Shown here piece by piece: positions 1-9,102 of a stretch of 64,000 nt of DNA. The first letter of the stretch is position 1; each line of letters opens with the position of its first letter. Under the pieces are notes generated by a model. The model saw nothing but the letters and a program-made list of their open reading frames with translations. It ran no database searches and was not told the DNA's origin. The DNA is from a virus. The stretch is taken from positions 77,028-141,027 of the IMG/VR virus record IMGVR_UViG_3300032163_000002; one strand, given 5' to 3'. A program made the position numbers and the translations under genes.

Positions 1-671
1 TCATCCGGATCACCAAACATCACTCCAATTTTAGTCCGAGATTGATTCAGCAAAAGCAGCGTCGTTTGTGTCTTCGTGATGGTGGGATTCAATTTTCTGA
101 GTCCCGATGAAACCGCCCGTGCCTGTTCCGCCATTTGTTTATCTTCATATTCAGCGTCAAGCTGAGACTTCGTCTGCGAAGCCGCAACAGAATCTACGAC
201 AAACAAAAACGGACATGTTTCGTTCTGCTCACGCACGCCTTCGGCAAATGCTTCGATGATTCCGAAAAGATGCTCCAAAGTATCAGGCCGAGACAAGTAG
301 AAATTATTTTCCACATCCACGCCTAACGTTTTGAAATAACTCTCGTGCGCTGTCTGCTCCATGTCACCATAAACCACGCACCCACCCATTTTCTGACATT
401 CACGAGCTATGTGCGCAGCAATCGACGTTTTTCCTTCAGATTCATTTCGACTGAAAAGTTCGATGATACGCCCACCAGCTATTCCACCACCAAGCACCGC
501 ATCAAAATTTAAGGCTCCTGTAGAAATCCAATAAGGTATATTCGTCACTCCACCGACTGCCCCTGAAAGACGAATCGCCGCCTCCGGCCCGTATCTTTTC
601 TGAATGCCTTTCACTACCCCCTTGAAAAGATCAAGAGGCGCTTTTACGCCCCCCTCATCTCTTTCTGCCAT
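1..671 (-). CDS. recA: RecA/UvsX-like recombinase (runs off the window's left edge)
   Basis: Not in the ORF track. Manual translation from ATG 671: MAEKDEGG...ISTGALNFDAVLGGGIAGGRIIELFSRNESEGKTS...VVDSVAA...MAEQARAVSSGLRKL...LLNQSRTKIGVMFGDP, which are RecA hallmark motifs. Confidence 0.93.
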   Translation of the reverse strand, partial: MAERDEGGVKAPLDLFKGVVKGIQKRYGPEAAIRLSGAVGGVTNIPYWISTGALNFDAVLGGGIAGGRIIELFSRNESEGKTSIAAHIARECQKMGGCVVYGDMEQTAHESYFKTLGVDVENNFYLSRPDTLEHLFGIIEAFAEGVREQNETCPFLFVVDSVAASQTKSQLDAEYEDKQMAEQARAVSSGLRKLNPTITKTQTTLLLLNQSRTKIGVMFGDPD

Positions 672-672
672 T

Positions 673-1731
673 TTAACTAACCGCCTTCCCCATCCGCGCA
701 GTAACCCGAGCCCTAAGCGCCTTCAGATCCATGCCTGTGAGAACAGAAGGAGCGGTAGGAGCGGTAGGAGCGGTAGGAGCGGTAGGAGCGGTAGGAGCGG
801 TAGGAGCGGTAGGAGCGGTAGGAACGACGGGGGACACTGGAATGACCGGCACCGGGGCACCAAAGGCCGCAGAACCCCCTGAAACCACCGGAGGAACAAC
901 AAGAACAGGCGAGATAACCGGAATTGTAGAAGCCTCCACAGGAACAGCCGCAGAAAACATTCCAAAAGCACCGGGAACAGTTTCAGGAATACCCACCTCA
1001 ACAGGTATATCTACTCCACCAGTGACAGGCAGAACGCCAGCCGAAGTCATAGGCAAAACTTTCTGACTTCCAAAGTAAGCCTCATCAACTCCAAGAAAAC
1101 GCGCGATGACTTTTTGAAGCTTCTCCTTTGATTCAACCTTGATCTCTTCCGTAAGATCCTTGGCGGTACTGAAAAGCGCAAGAGTCTCAGCATCCGTCCG
1201 AAAAACCGGGCAGCGATTTTGAAGTAGCTGCACCGTGTATGTGACAAGTTTTCCAACACCCTGCCTTTTCAAGAGCATGTCGATTCCAGTCTTCAAATTG
1301 AGTACGTCTGGAAAATGCTCCATGTCCATGATGTAGGCAAGAAATTGCTCTTGCACTTTCCTCCCGCATTTGTAAACCTTGACTCCTTCTTTCTCTTTAT
1401 TCCGCACGATGAGATTCCAGAGAAAGACTTTCTTTGGTTGAATAGAAGCGCCGACTTCCTGCTCGACCGGATCAGGGCTTTTCTTCAACCTGCGCGACTC
1501 GTGACAAATCGGACATGCTTCTTCGAGACCGGGCATGCCGAGACAATAAAAGCTTTGATTCACATCGCCCCCGACAAAATGATCCACAGCCTCTACCCAA
1601 GGAACCTGTGCGTCCGGCCAACCGGGAAGCAGCCGAATATGATTTTGTCCGGACTCGGGACGGAAAAAGCCACCAGCAGATTTTGTGAAATGTTCGTACA
1701 ACGCGCGCATTTTAGCAATGTCGAGTGTCAT
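673..1731 (-). CDS. Single-stranded DNA-binding protein, T4 gp32-like, with Pro/Thr/Ala-rich C-terminal tail
   Basis: FFRP...IRLLP, H..C...CPIC Zn motif, GVKVYKCG, DVLNLKTGIDM (gp32-like pattern); located beside recA and a uvsY-like gene. Confidence 0.75.
   Translation of the reverse strand: MTLDIAKMRALYEHFTKSAGGFFRPESGQNHIRLLPGWPDAQVPWVEAVDHFVGGDVNQSFYCLGMPGLEEACPICHESRRLKKSPDPVEQEVGASIQPKKVFLWNLIVRNKEKEGVKVYKCGRKVQEQFLAYIMDMEHFPDVLNLKTGIDMLLKRQGVGKLVTYTVQLLQNRCPVFRTDAETLALFSTAKDLTEEIKVESKEKLQKVIARFLGVDEAYFGSQKVLPMTSAGVLPVTGGVDIPVEVGIPETVPGAFGMFSAAVPVEASTIPVISPVLVVPPVVSGGSAAFGAPVPVIPVSPVVPTAPTAPTAPTAPTAPTAPTAPTAPSVLTGMDLKALRARVTARMGKAVS
748..823. repeat. Perfect 9-bp tandem repeat (AGGAGCGGT)x8 encoding (PTA)n in the SSB tail
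   Basis: Read directly in the sequence. Confidence 0.97.
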
Positions 1732-1798
1732 GAAAATTTATCCTTTCAGATTGTGGTTAGTTTTCTTTTTTAATTCGCGCGTAATACAAATCCATATT

Positions 1799-2299
1799 TC
1801 AGACACCTCCTCTGTGCCTGATGTACTCTCTACCCATTTGTTCGATCTCAGAACGGATATGCGCACCAAGAGAAATTAAAACGGAGCCTTTTTCACGAAT
1901 CGCCTCAAAAGCACGGCGGGTCAATTCAGCCTGTGCTTTAAGTGCGTCTACTCGTTGCCGCCGAGAAATGTATTCCTCATCAGCCATTACGAGTTGCTTG
2001 ATGAAAGTTTCAGTCACTTTAACTTTTTCTTCCACACATTGTCGAGCTTCGTTACAAGCTTTTGCTTCAAAAATTTCGAGTTCTGTTTTCGCGGTCTCGT
2101 AACTATTATTTGCTTGCTGGTATATTACACCAAACCACGCGAGAAGTGCAGGTTGCTTTGAAAATTCAGCAGTGATATTTTCTGAGTCAATATAGCTGTC
2201 AGCAACTAAGTCGATGTGATAAGTTTTTCCTTGAACGATGACAGGAAAACGAAGAATTGATTGATCGTGTGAAAAAGGATGAGATGCCGGAAGCGACAT
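1799..2299 (-). CDS. UvsY-like recombination mediator (putative)
   Basis: Helical 166-aa protein with ETFIKQLVMADEEY resembling the UvsY helix motif; adjacent to SSB and RecA. Confidence 0.55.
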   Translation of the reverse strand: MSLPASHPFSHDQSILRFPVIVQGKTYHIDLVADSYIDSENITAEFSKQPALLAWFGVIYQQANNSYETAKTELEIFEAKACNEARQCVEEKVKVTETFIKQLVMADEEYISRRQRVDALKAQAELTRRAFEAIREKGSVLISLGAHIRSEIEQMGREYIRHRGGV

Positions 2300-2302
2300 A
2301 TA

Positions 2303-4897
2303 TTACTCCCACTCGAATTCCCTTACCGCACCCCAATCAGGACCTTCCGAACCAGAGACTCTAAGAGGCACTCCGGGAGATTCAGGGCCGTCGATAAACG
2401 GGAGTCCGAGGTGTTCAAAAATTTCCTTGATCTTGTAGGCAACCTCAAGAAGCTCATCGTTAGGGACCGAAAGAACCACGGAGTCATGGACCGTGGCTAG
2501 AATATGCGCCCGACTCTTACCGTTGTCAAGCCATTCCATCAGCCGAATGAGGCTCCATAGGCAGATATCTGAGGCATCTGCTTGGATTGGCGAGTTCACT
2601 CCTCTACGAAGAGCCGCATTGATCCGACCTACATTGGCAGGCACATTCGGCAAAAGGGCATCAGAGAGTATCCGGCGCCTACCGAAACGGGATTCGGAGT
2701 AACCCATCTTCTTGACTTGACGCTGAACTTTCTCGATCCATTCGTTCAGGATAGGATAACGAGCCTTATAAGACTGGATAAATAATTCTGCCTCCGTCTC
2801 TGTCACTCCAAGCTGTTCGGCAATTTTTCTAGCTCCCGCCCCGTACAGAATTGCGAAATTCAAAGTTTTTGCTTTCTGACGCAACGGCTTGTTAGCTTCA
2901 GTTTTCATCTCCTTCGGATCTTTCCCGAAAATTTCTGCACCAACTGCTGAGTGAATATCATAACCTGCTTTGAAGGCCGCAACCAGCTTGGGGTCTTCGC
3001 TATGGATAGCAGTTACAACATATTCCAGTGTCGTGAAGTCGATATCAAGAATGACAGAATTCTCATCATCTGGAACAAAGACGTGTCGTAAATCAGGATC
3101 TTTTGGGATCTGCTGACAATTTCCAGCAGGACCAGAACTCGACAGTCTTCCAGTTATTGCCCCCGAACTATCATCTTCCGTTTCATTGAAAAAAGAAACG
3201 AGATTATACCGAAAATGAAGGCGTCCATCCTGTGCCATGCCCCGCTTCCAACGATCATAAAAGGTCGTGTAAAGCTTTTCGACCTTACGATGCTCCAACA
3301 TGAGTGGAATGGACGGGTGTTGATCTTTCAATTTCGTAAGCGCGGCTTTTGCCGTTGAAGGCATACCCTTCGGAGTCACAAAAGTTTGTGGGAGATGAAG
3401 CACCTGATAAAGCAACGTACGCAGATGCGGGTTGCTCGTCATAATAAATTCTTGTTCCGTAATTTCCTTGAAAGTATCAAGTGCCGATCCAAGCGTTTTC
3501 ACAATCTCCGTTTCAATACGAGCCTGTTCTTTCAAAAGACTTTGCCCATATTCTTCTAATCGTTTAGAATCCAGCTTCCAACCATATGTCTCAATACGAG
3601 ATAACGCATTCGATGCCTTTGCAAGAAACTCCGAAAGAAAACCCAACCGTGTTTGTTTCTTCGAAAAGAGTTCAGGAAGAAAATGCTCTGCCAACCGATA
3701 GGTCACATCCGCATCAAGACAACCGTACCAGAACAGTATTTCAAGCGGATAATGGTAAGAATCATTTTCCTGATCCACATTTTCATTACCTATCGCCACA
3801 TCCACAAGGCGTTTCTCCTGCTCATATCCTCCGTAAGGTGTAACCTCCCACGCAATTTTCTTCAACGACCGAGCGGGTAAACCACGACGCAGATGATCAT
3901 AAATCATGCCATCAAAGAAAATTTGAGGAGCAACTCCAAGAGCGGCCAAGACAGCAACCTGATCGAATTTCGCATTAAACGCAACCAGCTTTCCTTTATA
4001 GTTTGAAAAAAATCGGTGCATCTGCTCGCAAACGACTTCATACCATTGCGCTTGATCCCCAACCAATGTAGGCACCTCTTTATGCACGACAGGAAGAAAA
4101 AAAGCTTCACCTACCTTGTCACTAAATTGAATCGAAGAAATAAAGCACTCTGGTGATGAACCATCAATAATATGCCAAGGGTCCAAGCCCCGCGTCTCCG
4201 TATCGAATGCAACAAGCGGAGCCCTCAAAAGACGTGTCACCATTGCCTTGAGAGCAACAAGCTTCGTTACCAGTCTGTAAGTCTTCGCATGTGTGCGCTT
4301 ATGTTCGTCCAGAGAAAATGGCTTCCAACCGGGCGTCGCAAAATTCTTGGCAAGGACAAGATCGAAAGCAAGGGCTTCACAGTCCGAAGCCGAGATGAGC
4401 GCTTGATAAGAATGTACGGTCGGGATTACTTTAACAATACGCTTATCAAAAAAAATATCGTGAATCTGTCCACGTAACATACCAGATTTTGTTAACGGAA
4501 TTACCAGAGTAGCCGCCGTCGCCAATTTCCCAAGAGAGACAATGACCTGCACCTCCGGATGTTTATCAATCTCTTCTCGCAACCACGGACGACACGCATT
4601 CAATTCCGTTTTTCCAAGCTTATACCCGTTAAATGGAATCGAACATCGAGTCGCATAGGTAAATGCTATTGAAGCTGCGTCTATTCCAACATTCTGAAGG
4701 ATAGAACGAAGAAGTACATGCTTATCTTCGCCCGTGAAGAGCTTTCCAGAATCGGTTTCAATGACTCCCGGATTATCCCCAGCAATTAAAAGACGAGCAT
4801 TCGCGGGGCCATCCCAACGCACGGGTATTAAATTGCGATTAACTCGCCCCTCAAAAAGAGGGCACTTTTCACAAACATCCAGAGGATTTATAGACAT
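2303..4897 (-). CDS. polA: Family A DNA polymerase with N-terminal uracil-DNA-glycosylase-like domain and 3'-5' exonuclease (SPO1-type architecture)
   Basis: UDG-like CEKCPL, GDNPG, CRPWL, VIPTVH; exonuclease FDTET, FNAKFD, YGCLDA; polymerase TGRLSS, DFTTLE, RQKAKTLNFAILYG, NSPIQ, TVHDS. Confidence 0.93.
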   Translation of the reverse strand: MSINPLDVCEKCPLFEGRVNRNLIPVRWDGPANARLLIAGDNPGVIETDSGKLFTGEDKHVLLRSILQNVGIDAASIAFTYATRCSIPFNGYKLGKTELNACRPWLREEIDKHPEVQVIVSLGKLATAATLVIPLTKSGMLRGQIHDIFFDKRIVKVIPTVHSYQALISASDCEALAFDLVLAKNFATPGWKPFSLDEHKRTHAKTYRLVTKLVALKAMVTRLLRAPLVAFDTETRGLDPWHIIDGSSPECFISSIQFSDKVGEAFFLPVVHKEVPTLVGDQAQWYEVVCEQMHRFFSNYKGKLVAFNAKFDQVAVLAALGVAPQIFFDGMIYDHLRRGLPARSLKKIAWEVTPYGGYEQEKRLVDVAIGNENVDQENDSYHYPLEILFWYGCLDADVTYRLAEHFLPELFSKKQTRLGFLSEFLAKASNALSRIETYGWKLDSKRLEEYGQSLLKEQARIETEIVKTLGSALDTFKEITEQEFIMTSNPHLRTLLYQVLHLPQTFVTPKGMPSTAKAALTKLKDQHPSIPLMLEHRKVEKLYTTFYDRWKRGMAQDGRLHFRYNLVSFFNETEDDSSGAITGRLSSSGPAGNCQQIPKDPDLRHVFVPDDENSVILDIDFTTLEYVVTAIHSEDPKLVAAFKAGYDIHSAVGAEIFGKDPKEMKTEANKPLRQKAKTLNFAILYGAGARKIAEQLGVTETEAELFIQSYKARYPILNEWIEKVQRQVKKMGYSESRFGRRRILSDALLPNVPANVGRINAALRRGVNSPIQADASDICLWSLIRLMEWLDNGKSRAHILATVHDSVVLSVPNDELLEVAYKIKEIFEHLGLPFIDGPESPGVPLRVSGSEGPDWGAVREFEWE

Positions 4898-7113
4898 TAA
4901 GCCGCTAATTTCCTCTTCCCGTTTAGAAAAAGACGCATGAGCAACTCCGGAAGTTGAGTAAAATCTTTGAGAACTACGTAATTCCTGTAAAAATCCTCCA
5001 CCGCGCTGTCGTCTCCCTCCTTGGGTGAAGAAAGCCCCACAGCGTAGACCTCCAGCCCCGGTATTCTTTCAAGCTTTTTGACTACAGCCTTCAGATGATT
5101 CGAAAGCCCTTGTTGGTCAGTCGCACCAGCCGGATACCCGTCTGACAGCACAATGAGAATTTTCCGTTTTTCAGACCGGAGAAGCAAGTGCTGTGAAAGC
5201 GTAGCGATAGATTCTCCGTCAATGTTATTACACTTAGGAACAGCATCTCCATTAGCAAACGAAGGAAACGCCAACTTGAAAGACATGCCAAACGGTTTGA
5301 AGATTGGAAGATTTAAGGCTTCAACACGAAAATACGGATCAGGCTTTTCTGTGTAATGACATGGTGTACCCGCTCTTAAATTTCCTCCCGTAGTAAACCC
5401 ATATACCGAAAACGGAATGGTCAGCTTATCGAGAAGAAAACTGAGGGCACCCGCAGCCAACATGGCATTTTGAAATTTCATTCCTGACATTGAGCCGCTG
5501 CAATCGACAATCAATTCGACGGCAATATTTTTTCTCATCCGCTTTTCAGCTCGTGTCAAGAAAGCCACGTCAAGAGCCGGAAATGGAGTTGAAAACGTCG
5601 CAAGCTGGCGCTGATTCAACCGAGGACCTTCCGAAGCCGGAACATACCGCCGAGAAAACTCCCCGAGAAGATGTCTGCCAAGATGCCCTAACGAAATAGC
5701 TGTAGCGTTCTTGCGGAAGATTTCTGTTCCTGACGCAGATGCGGGGGGAACCTGCTCAGACCTGTCCTTTTCCGTAGTAAGTACATGCCAATTACGAAGA
5801 GGGTCTCCCTCAAGATTCGGAGGAACCCTTTTCATCTTCAGGGCTTCCACAATTTTTGCAAACTTCGATGACGTGGACAGCGCCTCTTCTACCAGATTCA
5901 GAAGCTCAATAAGCACCTTAGCATCGAGCTTCTGCTCTTCGCCAGAAATGGAGTCATCTCCAAGCTCCTCTTTCTCTTCGCTACTTTTTCCAGCATTTCC
6001 AGTAGCATCACCAAAGGAGGTTTTGATTTTTCCTGTGGCATTACTCTCTCCGTCACCTTCTTCATCACCCTCTTCGTCACCTTCTTCATCACCCTCTTCG
6101 TCACCCTCCTCGTCATCCTTTTCATCAGGAGAGATCCTCTTATCCGTCTTCTCTTTTTTCTCAACCTTTTCTTTTTTCTCTTTCTTGCTCTTGGATGAAT
6201 CAGAACTAGAATTACCAGCGTTCTCGTCATGCGCTTCGTCAACCTCAACGTCATCACTAGCCTTCGACTCTGACGCCCTCTCGCTCCCTTTCTTCGGCTC
6301 CTGCTTCTCACAAGGCTGCGAGGATTTCGATTTTTCCTTCTGCGTCTTGAAGGCATCCTTTAGGAATTCAATCGTCGGGGACACAGCATATGTAATAACT
6401 GCATTTGCCGAATCGAGAGCCACAAGAGCTTCATAATTAACGAGGTTGAGAATCTCCTCTTCACGCGAAGTTGCAGCAGACACGTTATCTTTCCGCTCTG
6501 CTATGGCTTCTGTCATCCACGGAGCGCCCCGCCTAGCAAAGATCAAAGACACTAATCTAAAAAATTTCTCTGCAAATGTCTTTTCACCAACCGCTTCTTT
6601 ATTACGTGACAAAACGGGATGTGTAACCTCGTCAATATAAGTTGCGTAAAAAAACCCCCGGCTTCCCTTGAACCGCTCCACCCAGCGGCTTTCGCAACGA
6701 ATATCTTCAAAGACATTGAACAGGATGAAAAGAACTTTTTCAACAATCAAACGATGCTCCGGCTTGACACCATAAGGTGCTAACGTAGACAAAATCGTAG
6801 AAGCTTCACGCTGCGTCACAAATTTTAAGGTCTCCGTCCCTGCTTTCTGATTAAAAGTAAAAACAGTATGCGCCGCCTCGTGGTCGAGCAATCCATTAAC
6901 AATATCAAGGCCAGAAATTCCCTTTGCCGCATAAACCTTTGTTACTTCCTCAAGCTGAGCGTCACTCAACGCCGGAAGAACGATGCACTTACCGTCCGTC
7001 TTCGGAATAGCGTTCTCCCGAAGAATAACCTGAAGCCCACTTCGCGCCGCCAGAACACGCGCCAGCCTGCCCAAGTAGTTTTCAGTATTAACCGGTACGT
7101 TCACGCCATCCAC
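4897..7113 (-). CDS. CobT-like protein: HExxH N-domain, acidic linker and C-terminal vWA (MIDAS) domain
   Basis: DHEAAH, FNVFEDIR, DCSGSMSG, NIDGESI, LIVLSDGYP; paired with the upstream AAA ATPase. The start may be GTG 7104. Confidence 0.85.
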   Translation of the reverse strand: MDGVNVPVNTENYLGRLARVLAARSGLQVILRENAIPKTDGKCIVLPALSDAQLEEVTKVYAAKGISGLDIVNGLLDHEAAHTVFTFNQKAGTETLKFVTQREASTILSTLAPYGVKPEHRLIVEKVLFILFNVFEDIRCESRWVERFKGSRGFFYATYIDEVTHPVLSRNKEAVGEKTFAEKFFRLVSLIFARRGAPWMTEAIAERKDNVSAATSREEEILNLVNYEALVALDSANAVITYAVSPTIEFLKDAFKTQKEKSKSSQPCEKQEPKKGSERASESKASDDVEVDEAHDENAGNSSSDSSKSKKEKKEKVEKKEKTDKRISPDEKDDEEGDEEGDEEGDEEGDEEGDGESNATGKIKTSFGDATGNAGKSSEEKEELGDDSISGEEQKLDAKVLIELLNLVEEALSTSSKFAKIVEALKMKRVPPNLEGDPLRNWHVLTTEKDRSEQVPPASASGTEIFRKNATAISLGHLGRHLLGEFSRRYVPASEGPRLNQRQLATFSTPFPALDVAFLTRAEKRMRKNIAVELIVDCSGSMSGMKFQNAMLAAGALSFLLDKLTIPFSVYGFTTGGNLRAGTPCHYTEKPDPYFRVEALNLPIFKPFGMSFKLAFPSFANGDAVPKCNNIDGESIATLSQHLLLRSEKRKILIVLSDGYPAGATDQQGLSNHLKAVVKKLERIPGLEVYAVGLSSPKEGDDSAVEDFYRNYVVLKDFTQLPELLMRLFLNGKRKLAA
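6054..6116. repeat. Degenerate 12-bp tandem repeat encoding (DEEG)x5
   Basis: tcacc[t/c]tcttc[a/g] units on the plus strand; protein DDEEGDEEGDEEGDEEGDEEGD. Confidence 0.85.
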
Positions 7114-8082
7114 CTACAAATTGATCTCATTCCGCTTCGCCAGATCGCAGACAATATTCCGCTCGTTCTGCGGCACGGCAGCGAGGAAGGAAAGCTTCAC
7201 AGCACGCGAAAGCGAACCAAGAAAAATAGTGGCTTCGATTATGTTGTGAAGCATCCGCGTACTGAATGGAATGGTGAGTTCCATGCTACCGTCAAATGCC
7301 TTCCGATATTGCTGAAGGAAAGAAAAGATAGGCTCGATAGCTTTGAGCGGCAGGTCAAGATATTTTTTCGTGATGATCTCACGCTCACGACTGATCTCGT
7401 TGTAGCCAACCTCGACGCGGTACGCGAAGCGGTTGAGTGAAGCGAAATTCTGTTGCTGCGTGCCAGCGTACAGGCCACGCGGGTCCGGGTTCACACCATC
7501 CGTGTTCCCCGTCGCCACACAGCGCCACTCTTTATTCGGACGAACGAATTCACTCGTCTCCGGAATATGGAGTGCGGGTGCATCCGACTCAAGAATCGGG
7601 TTAAGGAGCACGGTCGCGGCAGGCGAGCCCGTATCAAATTCGTCCAACAGATAGGTTGCCGGGCGCAAGACACTCAGAGCGAGCGATCCGCGCCTGAACT
7701 GGAAAATGAGATGCTGCTTGCTTTCATCGGCGACAGCCGTATACGACCCGACGAGTTCGCTTCTAGCAATATGCTCGTCGAGATTCTGTCTCACGAGTTC
7801 TTTCGATCGTCTCGCACAAAACTGCACGACATGCGCCGTCTTGCCAGTGCCCGTATGCCCGTAGAGATACGTGTGCTTTCCCAGCACCTCTCCGAGAATG
7901 AGCGCCTCAAGAACCTGCGGCTGAAACATGAAAGCCGGGTCTACCTTCGGAACAAGTACCCGGTGGGGCTCGTCTTCGGAATGAGTGTAAACCCACAGCG
8001 AGAGATTACGAACCGACGAACTTAGCTCCGTAACCTCCGGAAAGAGTTCCGAGACTTTACGTGCGGTTTTCGTAATCGCCAT
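7114..8082 (-). CDS. CobS/MoxR-like AAA+ ATPase
   Basis: VPKVDPAFMF, Walker A GHTGTGKT, Walker B LLDEFD, ATGNT, NFASLNRF, FSTRML; SD AGGAGG upstream. Confidence 0.9.
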   Translation of the reverse strand: MAITKTARKVSELFPEVTELSSSVRNLSLWVYTHSEDEPHRVLVPKVDPAFMFQPQVLEALILGEVLGKHTYLYGHTGTGKTAHVVQFCARRSKELVRQNLDEHIARSELVGSYTAVADESKQHLIFQFRRGSLALSVLRPATYLLDEFDTGSPAATVLLNPILESDAPALHIPETSEFVRPNKEWRCVATGNTDGVNPDPRGLYAGTQQQNFASLNRFAYRVEVGYNEISREREIITKKYLDLPLKAIEPIFSFLQQYRKAFDGSMELTIPFSTRMLHNIIEATIFLGSLSRAVKLSFLAAVPQNERNIVCDLAKRNEINL

Positions 8083-8107
8083 TTCCCGTTAGCCTCCTGA
8101 CCCTTAT

Positions 8108-8136
8108 AACTTACACCTGTAAGTTAAAAAAGTCAA
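8108..8136 (-). promoter_or_regulatory. Early promoter TTGACT-17-TAAGTT with overlapping palindrome AACTTACA-CC-TGTAAGTT
   Basis: Intergenic; one of five near-identical copies. Confidence 0.85.
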
Positions 8137-8145
8137 GGGGTATTT

Positions 8146-9099
8146 TCAGATACGGTATCTATTAGCGTTTTCAATGACTTCCGTAATCTCTTCATCAGGG
8201 GCCTCACCCGGATCTTTCGACCGAAGAAGGGTCGCAACGTAAACCTCCGGTATATGCGCAACGAGCCGCCCAGCCAGAAATTTAGCCGCCAGAGACGCAT
8301 CAGCATCGAGCAGCACTGTCATTTTCGTGATGCCTTTCGCTCTCATCGTGAGCAGCACAGCGATCTGCTGAGCCGTCGGATTTTTCCCGAGCAGCGCTAC
8401 GAAATTAGGACCGTGTCGCATGGCATCAAAGACACCTTCGACGACAACGATCTCCGAAAAATACTGCGCCTTGTCGAGCCCGAAGATATGATTTTTAATG
8501 GATTCGACTTCGTTCGAAGAAGACAGGATCTTGAGAAACTGTTCCCCCGTCAGATCCCTTGCGACCCATCCGACAAGCCGAGAATCCACTGCGCGAACCG
8601 GAACAATCACACGCCCTCTAAGCTGCCCGATAGTAGCGAAGCCAATCTCGTAAGCGTGAGCGGTAATAACAGAGACCCCACGCGAATCAAGATACGCAAG
8701 CGCCTTTTTCCGTGCTTCTTCATAACCGGGAGCTTCAAGCCAAACTGGAAGATACCCTGCCGGAAGCGGCTGAATCTTCGGTGTCTTCGCCAGTACAGGC
8801 ATTGACAGGTGGAGGAGGCTCGCACCAGCCTCCCCTTCACCATCGAAGATCACGTAGTCATGCAGTTTCAGATCGGGTCTGCTGGCGAGTGCTTTTCGCG
8901 CAAAACGGACAAACCCGCCGTGCTCGTCGCATCGAAAGCAGATCCACATGCCAGTTTTGATGTTGATGTAAGCGTGCTTTTTCGCTTTTCGGTCATCATG
9001 GAAGGGACACGGAACATTAAACTCTTTTCCATTTCCAGATAGGCTAGACCGTCCGGGATAGACATCTCGAATGAATTCTTTTACGTGAATACTTGACAT
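8146..9099 (-). CDS. DNA primase (CHC2 Zn finger plus TOPRIM)
   Basis: CPFHDD...CFRC, GRVIVPV, VVEGVFDA, LLDADA, KDPGE. Confidence 0.92.
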   Translation of the reverse strand: MSSIHVKEFIRDVYPGRSSLSGNGKEFNVPCPFHDDRKAKKHAYINIKTGMWICFRCDEHGGFVRFARKALASRPDLKLHDYVIFDGEGEAGASLLHLSMPVLAKTPKIQPLPAGYLPVWLEAPGYEEARKKALAYLDSRGVSVITAHAYEIGFATIGQLRGRVIVPVRAVDSRLVGWVARDLTGEQFLKILSSSNEVESIKNHIFGLDKAQYFSEIVVVEGVFDAMRHGPNFVALLGKNPTAQQIAVLLTMRAKGITKMTVLLDADASLAAKFLAGRLVAHIPEVYVATLLRSKDPGEAPDEEITEVIENANRYRI

Positions 9100-9102
9100 T
9101 TT

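Noticed and set aside
604-1066. Track ORFs with (SGR)n, (GAV)n and (LLP)n repeats, and other antisense ORFs such as 5711..6436 and 60165..60785
   Set aside because: Shadow frames of low-complexity coding repeats in real genes.
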